Source of the DNA: Octopus sinensis
Lineage: Eukaryota
Reading direction: 5' to 3'
DNA length: 64,000 nucleotides
Assembly (NCBI RefSeq): GCF_006345805.1
Contig: NC_043011.1
Coordinates: 65,670,464 to 65,734,463 of the forward strand
The position numbers were made by a program, and so were the translations under genes. Shown here in pieces: positions 1 through 11,900 of this stretch (its first letter is position 1; each line of letters starts with the position of its first letter). The notes under the pieces are model-generated. The model searched no databases. It was not told the origin of the DNA and saw only the letters and a program-made list of their open reading frames with translations.

Positions 1-2439
1 TTTGCAGCACCCTAGTAGGATGTCTCCTTGGCTTGTTAATGGGTTAACATTCCTGCTTCCAAAAAGTGAAGAAACAAATGAACCAAAACACTATAGTCCC
101 ATAACCTGCTTAACAACTATGTATAAAACGCTAACATCTGTCCTGACGGAATATACTTATAGTTTTTTAACAGACAGAAGCATATTCCCTAATGAACAGA
201 AAGGATGTAAACGTGGATCCTACGGTTGTAAAGGTCAGCTACCCATCAATAAGATGATCTTAGATGATTGTTACAAACGACACAAAAACTTATCAATAGC
301 CTGGATAGACTATAAAAAGGCTTTTGACAGCCTACCACATAGCTGGATTAAGAAATGCCTGGAAATGTATAAGATAGCACCTACTCTGCGAAACTTTTTG
401 ACTGTAAGTATGAGATCATGGAGAATCACATTAACTTTGAACAGTGACAATGAATCTCTAAATGCTGGTGATGTAAAAATGTCATGTGGCATTTTCAAGG
501 GTGACTCACTATCACCACTCCTCTTCTGTTTAGCCTTAATACGTCTCAATGACGCGGGTCCGGGTATAAAATGTTTGATAAAAATATAAATCATTTCATT
601 CACATGGATGATTTAAAGCTCCTTGCAAAAAATGACCAACAACTCAAGGGCTTACTAGCGATAGTCAAACAATTCAGTGACGACATCAGAATGCAATTTG
701 GCCTCGATAAATGTGCAAAAGCTACCTTTATCAAAGGGAAAATGACAAAAACATCTAACGTTAACTTTGACCAGCAGATTGTCATAAAATAATTAAACCC
801 AGCGGAGAGCTACAAGTACCTGAAGGGGACTGAATAAGGCATTCAGTGACGAACGAAAGGATCAGGAGAGAATGTTATCGCAGAGTAAGAGCAATACATG
901 AACACCACCCTGTACTTAACTCCATGTCCCCCTACATGGCCTTGCTATTTGCTTTTGAGCCAAATTAACTAACTAACTAACTAACATACTCAAGACAGAG
1001 CTAAATGCGAGAAACATGATCGAAGCGATCAATGCTTCAGCCATACCAGTCGTGACTTACAGTTTCAATATCGTTAATTGGTCAATTACTGAAACATGTC
1101 AGCTCGACAGAAAAATAAGGAAACTGTTGACAATGCATAGAATGCTCCACCCTAAGGCAGATACAGAACGACTTTATCTGCCAAGAAAAGAGGGAGGCCG
1201 TGGACTTTTACAACTGGCAATAACAATGAAGATTGCTACAATTGGCCTAGACACCTACCTGAAAAACTCTGAGCAGTGCATGTTAAAATCTTGTCTCAAA
1301 ACATGAAGACAAAAAAGCATCATACGCATTAGCAAAACAAGCAAAGAGAAATCTAAGTGAATTCTGAATACAGCAAATTTCGGAATTAGAGATAGACATA
1401 CAAGAAACAAGTCCAGAAAAAGCTAAGCGCTAAAACTGCGGCCTTAGATATTCTGAATGATAAATGGCAAGAAAACCCTCTGTATGGCAAATACCCAATG
1501 AGAGCGAATAATGCAGATATTGACAAAACCCTTGACCCACCAATGGCTAATGGCCTCTGGCTTAAAATCTGAAACCATGGGGTTTATCATAGCAGCTGAA
1601 GATCAATGCCTGCCAACAAGAAACTACCAGACCAACATATTAAAGAACGGCAGTAGACCAACATGTCGTGTATGTCAAAAACAAAATGAAACCATTGATC
1701 ATATTGTCTCCAAGTGCAGTCTTCTTGCGCCTACAGAATATCTCAACAGACACGATAGAGCTGCACAGTTTTTCACTCGGTAATTTGCAAAAACCTTGAT
1801 TTGCCCCTTGAAAAAAAAATGGTGGGAACACAAATCACCTACAGTGCTTGAAAAATGACCACATCTCAATCTTCCGGAACATCACCATTCAAACTGACAG
1901 AAAGATAGATGCAAATAGGCCAGATATCATATTGAAAGACTTCAGACAAAAAACATGCCTCCTCATTGATATGATTGTCCCAATCGATATAAACGTATCT
2001 GTCAAGACCTAACGAAAACCGAGCAAATATAAATATCTTGAAATAGAAATCAGCAAAATGTGGAATCTGAAGTTTAAAACAATACCTGTTGTTATAGGTG
2101 CCCTGGGAATGATAGCGAAAGGGGCTGATTGCTAACTAATTCAGATACCAGGAAATCCCAAAATGGCAGAAATTCATAAGATAGTGCTCATGGGAACTGC
2201 TCATATCCTACGCAAAATATTTTCTGTATAAACTCAAGGTTTAAAATGTAAAACTTTCATTTTATTTTTTATTTTATTTTATATATTATTTTTTTTTATT
2301 AGACATTCACTAGTACAACACCAAAAAATGTATGGCACACTAGGCATAACAATAACTGTGAACTTCCAGCCTGTTGATTCTTGGGTTGTCTGGGTGAGAC
2401 TTGGAGCCAACTTGTACAATTATAAAGCAAAATTCAAAC

Positions 2440-2440
<1 letters not shown>
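1..2440 (+). mobile_element. Degenerate R4/Dong-like non-LTR retrotransposon (RT plus C-terminal restriction-like endonuclease); 5' end lies outside the window
   Basis: RT motifs FKGDSLSPLLF and HFIHMDDLKL, CCHC-type motif CRVCQKQNETIDHIVSKC, RHD, and a PD..D-like segment near 1920-1975. Many stops and frameshifts. The 3' end abuts (TAA)n. Confidence 0.85.
896..985 (+). mobile_element. CR1-like 3' tail with (ACTA)n nested in the R4/Dong element
   Basis: Near-identical to the 3' end of the CR1 fragments (~19706-19800, ~42341-42430). Interrupts RVRAI/LKTELN; ATAC flanks both sides. Confidence 0.8.
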
Positions 2441-2484
<44 letters not shown>

Positions 2485-2539
2485 TTAATAATAAGTAATA
2501 ACAATAATGATAATAATAATAATAATAAATAATAATAAT

Positions 2540-2602
<63 letters not shown>

Positions 2603-2642
2603 AACAACAACAACAACAACAACAACAACAATAACAATAATA
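2441..2642. repeat. Compound (TAA)n-(GAA)n-(CAA)n microsatellite at a unit boundary; longer paralog at ~50398-50727
   Basis: Directly visible. Confidence 0.95.
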
Positions 2643-5600
2643 ACATCGAAAATACATTAGGAGTGTAAACCCACGTTAAAATTTTCACCGCGACTCCTTA
2701 TGACGCCTGGAGGTTATATAACAAGATTAAGACAAATATCTGTGAAATGTAAATAATGTATATGAGATCTGGCTGGAAAACAAAATTGGGTAGTAGGAGT
2801 GAATACAAGCCCTCTTTTACTTGTGTAGAGATATTATTATGGCGATTGTCGTTCCTTAATACTTTCAGTTCGTTTGTTTCGAATCTTTCACCTTTGAGTT
2901 AATTTAAATATATTCGCTTTGATGGTGTTACTAGCTTTAAAGTGCAGGTGTAGGCGAAATTGAAGATTATACTTAGGTTTCGCTCATGCCGATTACTATT
3001 CATCCTGCTTGAGCATTTTAAACAAGGCTGATCACGAGCCGAAACCAATTAGCAGTTGATGATGGGGATACATATACGTTATGCATGTTTTCTCGATCCT
3101 ATATCTTCTCCACCATTACTCCTCTATATCACACCATGATGAAACACTCACTAACCGCATGGGTGAAAGGGGTTGTGAGAACCTGTCTGCACTGAAGAAA
3201 CCATGATGAAAGGCGTAATATGCGCTTGATCCACATCTGAGTCTCGCTGAAAGGGACGTATTTTGGTCTGGCATGAAGTGAAGTAGGGAACGACAGACAG
3301 GTGGGAGTAGTCGACGGTTGTGATACAGACATTCACCGATCATCTATTCAGGAATAGGATTTCAGATTAATCATGTCTGTGTAACACTCTGATGGTCATC
3401 CCTTTTCTGTTGTTCCTCGCTTGAATATCTCGACCAAACTAAATCATGAGTAATATAAATGGTTAGTCTATCCAAGGCCTAGCATCGCTCCTGTCATTGC
3501 TTCGTTTTCTATCATTCGTCTCGATCACCATGGACTGTATGGCACCTAGCGTTATTATTATGATGCTTACGGCATACGAAAACACAGACCTCTCATCGTT
3601 CTTCTCTTGGAATGCTTGTCGATATCTCTGGCTGCTGCAGTGGTAGCTCTTCATTCATTACCAACCAAACAGATGTTAGCATTCATATTTAGTAGAGAGA
3701 CCGCATGATACTGAGAGTTTCGGTCAGGTGGCCATTAAATCTGACCAATTAGCGAATACGACGGCACAATCAACCAGTTAAACCGAGGTTTTTAGAATTC
3801 TGAATCAACTCTACTACCACAATTGATTCATTAGTTTACAGAATCTCTCTGGATATTCACATTACTCTTTGCCCATAGTTATAGTGGCGCATTTGGGAAA
3901 TCATGTCGGTACATGACAGCTACTTGGTAAACATATGAGTGATTTTTCAAGGGAATTTATAACCTCTTGAAGCTGGTTTAAAATGATGGAGAAGTTAAGC
4001 CAGTAAGCAGTAAGGTTTCCTAATCGACTGGTAAAAATAAAGTAGCGCGAGATACTCAGGAAGGATACCAATCACCTGGGGAATTCCAGCTGTCTCACCT
4101 CAGGTGGACTTACATGGTATGTAAACTTTAGGCATCGACATTCACTCGTATTGACATTTAGTTTCATTAAATTTAATTCCACCTCGAGAAAGACCATCGG
4201 TGTCCCATGAGAGTCCGAAACGACATCTCACTTCGAACGTGATTATGCGTCCATTTATGTATATAGAGACTTTAAAATAAACACATATATGTGTCCGTGT
4301 GTGTGTGTGTATGCGTGTATGAATAAGTGTTTGTGTGTGTTTGTGCCTGTGTGTGTCTGAAATCCTAGTGTCTCTGTTAGCAATCAGTTCCAAATGTGGC
4401 GACCAGAAGCCACTGAGCAACCCTCATTGGATTCAAGCTCGCACAAGGCCATTATTTGATAAATGCATTATAGTTGCTGAAAGATAAAGTGGAGAAAAGT
4501 AAACCAGATGCCAAAACGGAGTGTCGGAGAGAGTTTCATTCGGCATCCATTGAATTACGGTACACATTGAGGACAGCATTTAGGAGCTTACAGTTTATGC
4601 TCAGACCACTTACACAATTGGATGTACGGTATTCCAGTCTCATTTATTTGAAAACTTCAAAACCTAGAAAGGGCTGACCTCAAGAAACCTTCCAATAAAT
4701 TTGACCCCCCTTTTTCCTCTAAGGATATCAGAATATATTTTTGTCCCCTTTAACAGCAAGCAATTTCGTGATAGTGTGTTTTTATTTATTGAAGCTATTT
4801 TATTTTGATAGTAGTCTGCTGTGTTTGTTTTCTTTTGGCTGAGGTTAGTGTAGTCGGAAGTGGAGGAGTTGCGAATTTTCCTGTTTTTCATATTGTACGG
4901 TGTGCTGTAGTTGAGGCTCACATAATTTTGTTGCTCCAAAAAACTGTTAAAAGTTTTGCCCTGTTATTTTTGTTTTGTTTTGACAAGTGTGTGTGTCGTG
5001 CATGCTGCTGCTGTTTGCTCGGTAGTTGGGGTTGGAATTGGCCTTTGCCTTGCTGCTCTTTTCTCAGCTTCCTCTACTTGCTACTTTCCATTTCTACTTT
5101 GCATCACTTTCCGTTGAGATCTTTTCGGGATACGGCCTATTTCCTCCAACATTTTGATGAGAATACAAACTGTTCCAAGTTTACTAAAAGATACGTTCCT
5201 ACACTCATTTATATTATTTACATTCGACGGATATTTGTCCTCATCTTGTTTGTTGTTATCACAACGTTTCGGCTGATGTACCCTCCAGCCTGTTGTAAAC
5301 CGTAGCTATTTGAGTAATTGAGAAAATCTCCACGTTCTGGTGACACGTCTTACATCTAACCATATGTCTTATAGAGCAAGATCCAGCTAAGCCTCAGTTG
5401 CTGCTAGGGGTGCGGTTTTTACCGACATGCCCAAAGATGGCCATCGTCTTCCTAGTTATAACAAAAATCTAGGATTGCGTGGCAACTTGCACTGTCCTCA
5501 CCGTTGCATAAATAAATTTCTCCTACCACTAATATTGCCGTTATTTAAACCTTTGTGGCAACTGTAGTTTTCCCTGATGACAATGTTTGTGTATGTGCCC

Positions 5601-6714
5601 GTTTATGTGTGTCCTTGTACGTAGGTTTGTGTGTGTATGATACTGTGTATATATGTATGTGTAGATGCGTGAGTGTGTGTGTACAACAGAATTATTTGAT
5701 TACATCATCTTAAAATTGTCCTACATTATTAAGTTGAAGTATTCAGTTTGCAGGTGGTGGAATTATAAACCTATTCCTGTATGATACGTTGTGTTAAAAA
5801 TCTAACGGGGAATATTTGAGTTCTTTAACAAAAGTCATGAAAATGATACTCAGATATTAATGTGTATTATACTTCCGGTATAATTGACAAATACTTATGA
5901 AACATATTTCGTGAGATTCCGATATCACAACAGAAAATGTGTGACGAAGTTTTACACATTAAATATAAAAAATAACTCAGCTTAGATTTTCAAACTTATC
6001 TTTACCTAAACTCATTTGGATACCTTTATTTCAATATGTATAAAGTGTTGTTTCAGCAACTAGTAAATGCTATGGCAAAGAATAATTAATACATTCTGTC
6101 TTTGAAATGAAACTCAAACGTTAATATGTGTTAATCCGTACATTTTGCTAAATATTCAGATATCAAACAATTTTAATGCAAATATGAAAGTATAATGTTT
6201 TGAAGACATATTTCAGATATTTAGAATATCAAAAGAAATACAACACTAAAACAGGGAATCTTCATTACGGTATTTATTTTATTTAGTAGTTCTTAAGTAA
6301 AATCACCAGAAGTGCAGTACGGATTTTCGATATCGGGGATACCATCTGTAAAATGAATAGGGAAAAGGTTATGTAGAAATGGGGGAAAGTATTGTGGTAA
6401 GAGTTATGCAAATATTTCCTTAAAATATAGTTACATTTATGAAATGCTTCGGAGCTTGCCTAACAAAACTATGCATTATTTGCCGAAGAAACAAGTGGGT
6501 AAATGAGAGAATGATGTAGCATCTGGCCAGTTAAAAGAGTTTTAGCTTGATAGAAGGCAGAGAATGCCGTACCGTAAATCAGTGCGAATTGGGTCCAATC
6601 TGTACATCCCTGATGATACCTACGTGTTATATATTGAAACACATCTACCGCTGGGCTACCCACTGTAAGATTTTAATCATTGTTATAAATATTGAATCAC
6701 ATGAAATTACGTAC

Positions 6715-6745
6715 CTTAGCATTGTTTCTGGAATTTTTATTTGCC
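6715..6745 (-). CDS. G1 last coding exon: GK-stop (CDS 6745-6737), then 3' UTR
   Basis: Acceptor ttttctttcag, phase 0, ggc aaa taa. Possible donor gtacgt at 6714. Confidence 0.7.
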
Positions 6746-7639
6746 CTGAAAGAAAATACGAATAGGACGAATGTGAAATTATTACCAATAACATTTTATT
6801 TACCTAGAGCAGATTTGTTTGGGGTTATCATAATCTCATTTGCGTAGAAGAAATTAATAGGCTTAACGTAACGCACTTCCTGAATTAGATTTGTTTCATC
6901 CAATGCTGTGAGAATACATAAAAACTAAAAATAAATTTAGGGTTTATACATAAACGACCCTGTTAGCCTTTTTGTAAACTCTACATCATGAAATTCTGCA
7001 AGATACAACAATAAGAAACATCTTTCAGAATTTTCTTTAAGATATCAGAACTGAATATATTTTTGCGATATTAAGTTTATTCAAATCTGAAGCTGTAACA
7101 TCTGAGCGAAGAAATTTGCTTTGCTGTGCTTTTGTATCTTCTATTTTGTTTCAGTCTTTAGACTCAGTCTATGACATGTCACTACATCAAGAAACGTTAG
7201 TCGAATTTATTTTGCAGTTTATGCTTGGAATTTAATCAAACATTGCATCTTGCTGTACACCAAGTTTACGGGCCCTGAAACAAGGACACATGTCAACCGG
7301 TAATGGGGACAAAAACACATTCACACATATGTGTGTATCATATTTATATACACACACACGCACACGCACACACACATATGTATATATGAACATATTCACA
7401 AACACACACACTATCACAAACACACACACATATATATCGTGTTGTAAAATAATGCAATCTTCTAATTAGGGTAAAAATACGAATACATTTAGACATGCTA
7501 GATGTAAATAGACACCTTTATTTTTCAAAATTTCGGATCTAAGCGTCTTAATATATTTTCAACGGTGTACAATTTACAATGTGACAATTCGTTTTTCGTT
7601 CCAGGCGCCATTATATTAATCATTAGCGAAGAATTACCA

Positions 7640-8760
7640 TGTTACGCACAAACATTCAGCAGAACTGTCAGGTTTTCAAGGAGTTCGTATTGTTCGTCAT
7701 TTTGAGACTGGTCTTAGCCATTAAAAAATTGCCGAAAATCTTCAAAATGCTCTTTCGAATGTTAATAGTGTTATAGTGCAAATCAAAAGCCAAAGAGAAG
7801 AATCAACTTATTTTCGTCCCGGCCAAATCTAGGCACTCGGAATGGATGATTCAGTGTTTGAAGACAATTGTGGCAAATGAACCCCTTTCGAAGGCTTCTG
7901 ACAGTACAAAAAAACCTAGAAGTTACTCCAAGAGAATGTGTGTTACATATCTGCATAAGCTTAAGTATTATGGACGAATATCTAGAAGAAAACCTCCACT
8001 TCAAACAATTAATATTATAAAAGAAATGAAATGGGCTAAGGATATGTCAGAGAAATTCAGTTAATTTTGGGTTAGACTGATTTTCTCAGATGAATCCAGA
8101 TTTGAATTACTTTCAGACAGTGGACGTGTTTGGGTCTGGATGTTTTCCAATCAAGAATTCGATTTTAAACGACTCCAACTAACTGTGAAACATGACGGTA
8201 GCTCTGTAATCGTATGTGGAGCTATCACCAGCAATGGTCGTTCTGAGATGGTCGGATGTGTTGGAACTATTAACACTGAAAAATACATCGAAATATTAAG
8301 CAACGACTACTTCCGATTTATTCAAACGATTGCACAAAGGAAAATGAACTTTTATTAATGAAATATTCGGCTCCACGAAGCAGAGCGGAAAGGAATCATC
8401 AATGGGTGACTGAAAATAGGTTCGGAAAGCTTCCTTGGCCGAGCCAATCTCCTGACATGAACCCAATTGAAAATCTCTGGAGCATACTAGATAGAGCTAT
8501 ACGAAAACACAAAGGAATCCTAAATCTAAAGATGAATTGTTTCGATTGCTGCGTGAAAAGTGGATAGAAATTCCACACGAGACAAGCCCAAAGATCATCA
8601 GTTCAATGGCCAAAAGAGTTTCTGAATTAAAAACTGCAAAATGTATGTCAACTAAATACTAAAGTATGTCGTCCTATCTATCGACTACATTGCAATTGTT
8701 CGCTTTGCGTACAAAAGTAAAGATTCTGAAAATTAAGGATGTCGATTTGCTTCCTGCATA
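7640..8760 (+). mobile_element. Degenerate Tc1-like transposon in G1 intron 4
   Basis: IFSDESRFEL, HDGSSVIVCGAI and WPSQSPDMNPIENLW motifs in broken frames. Confidence 0.9.
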
Positions 8761-8833
8761 TATACGTTTAAATATTTGTTGTGCAAGATTTTATTGGCTA
8801 AACTGGCAAAATGACCATTCCGAAATATAACAA

Positions 8834-8867
<34 letters not shown>

Positions 8868-9020
8868 AATTTATATATACATATACATTTTTGTTGGAGA
8901 GAGTTCGCTACAGTGCCATGTATAAGGAGAGCTGATAGACGAATGTTTCATTTTCTTTAAGACAAGTTAAATATTTATGCATAATCGAAGAAATATTTGG
9001 AGGAAGAATAAAATGCTTAC

Positions 9021-9108
9021 CTGGTAGCAACCGCTATGCTTCTTGAAAGCGTCATGGCATTGCCAGCTGATATCTTCAGTTAAACATGCCAACAAGTCTT
9101 TGAAACCA
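9021..9108 (-). CDS. G1 exon 4 (88 nt): GFKDLLACLTEDISWQCHDAFKKHSGCYQ
   Basis: Acceptor aaattttcag, donor gtaagc, one open frame (phase 2 to 0), three Cys conserved in paralogs. Confidence 0.85.
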
Positions 9109-9603
9109 CTGAAAATTTAAAGCGAAGCTTTCAAATTTCATTTACGATATGATCACTTAAGACGATTCAATAATTTATCTATAAAATCTAATGAGAACGT
9201 AAGCATTCACATCAACACTAATCTCCATACGTCTCCAGCGGAACTAATGTTACATAGTCGTAGCTATGATCAAACATCTGAAATATGTGAATATCCTATA
9301 TCGCACAAGTGAATTAATTTACCTACTGTGTACAAACTGTAAAGATAAATGCTAAAGCGAAAAGTGTAATAGCTCCTAAAAGAGTTTGATATATAAGGCA
9401 AGTAAATGTCAATTATATCTAATACGTGTGTTATTAATTTATAACGACCATCAGTTTCGGAATCATTTCCTACACATTATTACTTGCAGACAAGCATATA
9501 TGGTTTATATTATATTATATTATAAAATGTTATCATATGTCTGTGTGTGTGTGTAAATGTGCATGTGTGTGCGCACCTATACGTGTGTTATATCATTATG
9601 TGT

Positions 9604-9641
<38 letters not shown>

Positions 9642-9643
<2 letters not shown>

Positions 9644-9921
9644 GGAAATAAAGAAAAAGCTGACAAAATAATTTAAGTAATTTAAGTAATTTAATTAGGT
9701 GAAGTTATTTTTACCGGTTGCGCATTTGTTATGCTTATCAAAAGTTTTATTTTTTAAGAGAGATACAGTTCCCTTCTGATAATTGTTTTTCCTCTTTCCT
9801 CAGAAAGGAAATCTATCTCTCTTGATAAGCATAATAAATGCGCAACCGTTAAAAAGGACTTCACCTAATTAAATTACTTAAATTACTTAAATTTTTTCGT
9901 CAGCATTTTCTTTATTTACTT
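9642..9921. mobile_element. Foldback/MITE-like element with ~100-bp inverted arms next to a (TA)n tract
   Basis: 9642-9741 is the near-perfect reverse complement of 9822-9921. Confidence 0.8.
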
Positions 9922-9963
9922 TTTTTATATATCACAACTCGTGTTCCACTTCTCCTTTTTTAA

Positions 9964-10011
<48 letters not shown>

Positions 10012-10359
10012 TGACAGGAAATTAAGCGAATAATGAAATTAGGAACATCAAGTATATGCTATTCATTAAATACATCAACTAAAATATATGTATATATCTA
10101 TATATACAACCAGAGAAAAAGCAAGAGTTGAAAGTTTGAGATGATGAAAATGGTACCTGTAAATATAGAGATATTTTATTAAGTATTCCAAAGTACAGAG
10201 ACTAGAAATAAGAGCGGAAATTAAAGGAGTTTAAGAAAGAGGTAACAAGTCAAACCTCTGTTTCTAGGTTGTTGGGAATGCACATTAAGGAGACATGTAA
10301 TTCCTCTAAATATGGTGCAGTATGAATGCAATTAACATTGCATTGAGTAGAAAAGAAAC

Positions 10360-10575
10360 TTTTCTACTCAAGGCGGAAGACCTGAATATTTTGGGAAGGG
10401 GCCATTCGATTAGCCCGACCCCAGTTCAAAACTGCCACTTATCCTAACGGGCCCGAATAGATGAAAGGCAAAGTCTACCTTGGGGAAACTAGAATTCAGA
10501 ACGTAGCGACGGGCGGCGAAATACTGCTAAGAAATTCGCCGACGTGCTCACTATTTTGCCAGCTTGCCTCCTGCG
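10360..10575 (-). mobile_element. tRNA-derived SINE, degenerate; paralog ~35995-36205
   Basis: Minus strand reads ggcaagctggcaaaatagtgagcacg...ctacgttctgaattc, resembling octopus SINE heads (from recall). Confidence 0.7.
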
Positions 10576-11387
10576 TAGAATTTCAAACAATGAATGATTG
10601 CTGTTATCTCAGGGCTTAGCGCGCGATTTTCAAGCTAATCACAGTATTTGTGAGGAGGTTTATCGACGTTGTTGTATTTGGATATTTTGATATTCAAAGC
10701 GATCTTATTCATTCTGTTAGCATTAATATTATTGCTAGCAAAAGATGCATTATTGGTGTCACTACGCATTTCATACACCGGATCGACCTATACAATATAC
10801 CATAGACTGGCCTTTTTTTTTACCCGTATGATGAAACATACATAAGTAGTTCAAAATTATTGAATCACCTTAAAATTCCCATTTCGCATATTCTCTGTCC
10901 TTTAAATATCTAAATGCATTTGATACAGAGAAATGCAGAAAGATAAGTATGTAAGTATGCATGTAAATGTGTACGTATATATGTAGGTATGTATGTATGT
11001 AGGTAGGTAGGTAGTTAGAAAAGCAGGTAGTTAGGTAGGTCAGTAGGTAATTAAATAATTTATGTATAGATAAATATACAGATAGATATATATACATATA
11101 TAAATATACAAACAGTTTGCAAGATTAGACAGACAAATAGGCAAATTGATAGATAAGTCTATCTATAAGTCTATAGATAGACTTATAGGATTATAAGTAT
11201 ATTGATATATAGGTTGATAGAAATATTGATCGAGAGGCGGCTAAGTAGAAAGATAGATAAATACAGGCAGAGATTGAAAGATCGTTGGACGTTTAATGGG
11301 TGTAGGTAGTTACAGTAATAGATAGAAAGACAGAGACAGATAGGTTGATAAATATATAAATATGTTGACAGATCGATAGTGATGTAC

Positions 11388-11455
<68 letters not shown>

Positions 11456-11486
11456 ATATATGTGTATACACACACACGCATAAATT

Positions 11487-11525
<39 letters not shown>

Positions 11526-11687
11526 AGGGAGAGAGAGAGATTGATGAATAAATAGATAAATAGATAAATAGTTGGATAGGGTATAGATATGTAGTGTAAT
11601 AGAGAGATTGTTTAGATAGATTTACCGTTATATTTATCATTTTGTAATAAGTTTGTCTATGTATCTTAGAAATAATAAATATCATAC

Positions 11688-11793
11688 GCGCAACCTCTTG
11701 ACCCGTAGCCCTTGGTATATCTTAATTGCTCAGGACATGCATATCTCGCAAAACGATTGCATACTCCCCAAATGTCACATTCGGATGCTGCGT
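11688..11793 (-). CDS. G1 exon 3 (106 nt): AASECDIWGVCNRFARYACPEQLRYTKGYGSRGC
   Basis: Acceptor tttttcactttctag, donor gtatga, open frame phase 1 to 2, compatible with exons 2 and 4. Confidence 0.85.
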
Positions 11794-11900
11794 CTAGAAA
11801 GTGAAAAAGAAATATTTCTTTTTATAGCGTATAGGCCAACATCAAAACTTTTTAGAAACCTATTAGGAAATAAAATTTACAAAATGTCATTACTTGTGAA

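Noticed and set aside
4805-5305. 166-aa Cys-rich hydrophobic ORF (also 53125-53625)
   Set aside because: Starts at a non-ATG codon, is broken in unit B, is driven by GT/T-rich sequence and ends in a Penelope-like tail motif.
6469-6663. 64-aa minus-strand ORF downstream of the peptide gene stop
   Set aside because: Lies in the predicted 3' UTR. Splicing from the 31-nt exon reaches early stops in both frames left open in that exon, and there is no recognisable motif.
9323-9336. 14-nt AG/GT micro-exon candidate
   Set aside because: The acceptor AG is absent in units B and C.
11183-11685. YI/IY-repeat, poly-I, poly-Y and HT-repeat ORFs here and throughout the window
   Set aside because: Translations of (TA)n, (TAA)n and (CA)n microsatellites.
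11688-11793. Resemblance of ECDIW to Aplysia attractin (NCDIG)
   Set aside because: Cys spacing differs as I recall it and the motif is absent from G2-G4, so no gene symbol was assigned.
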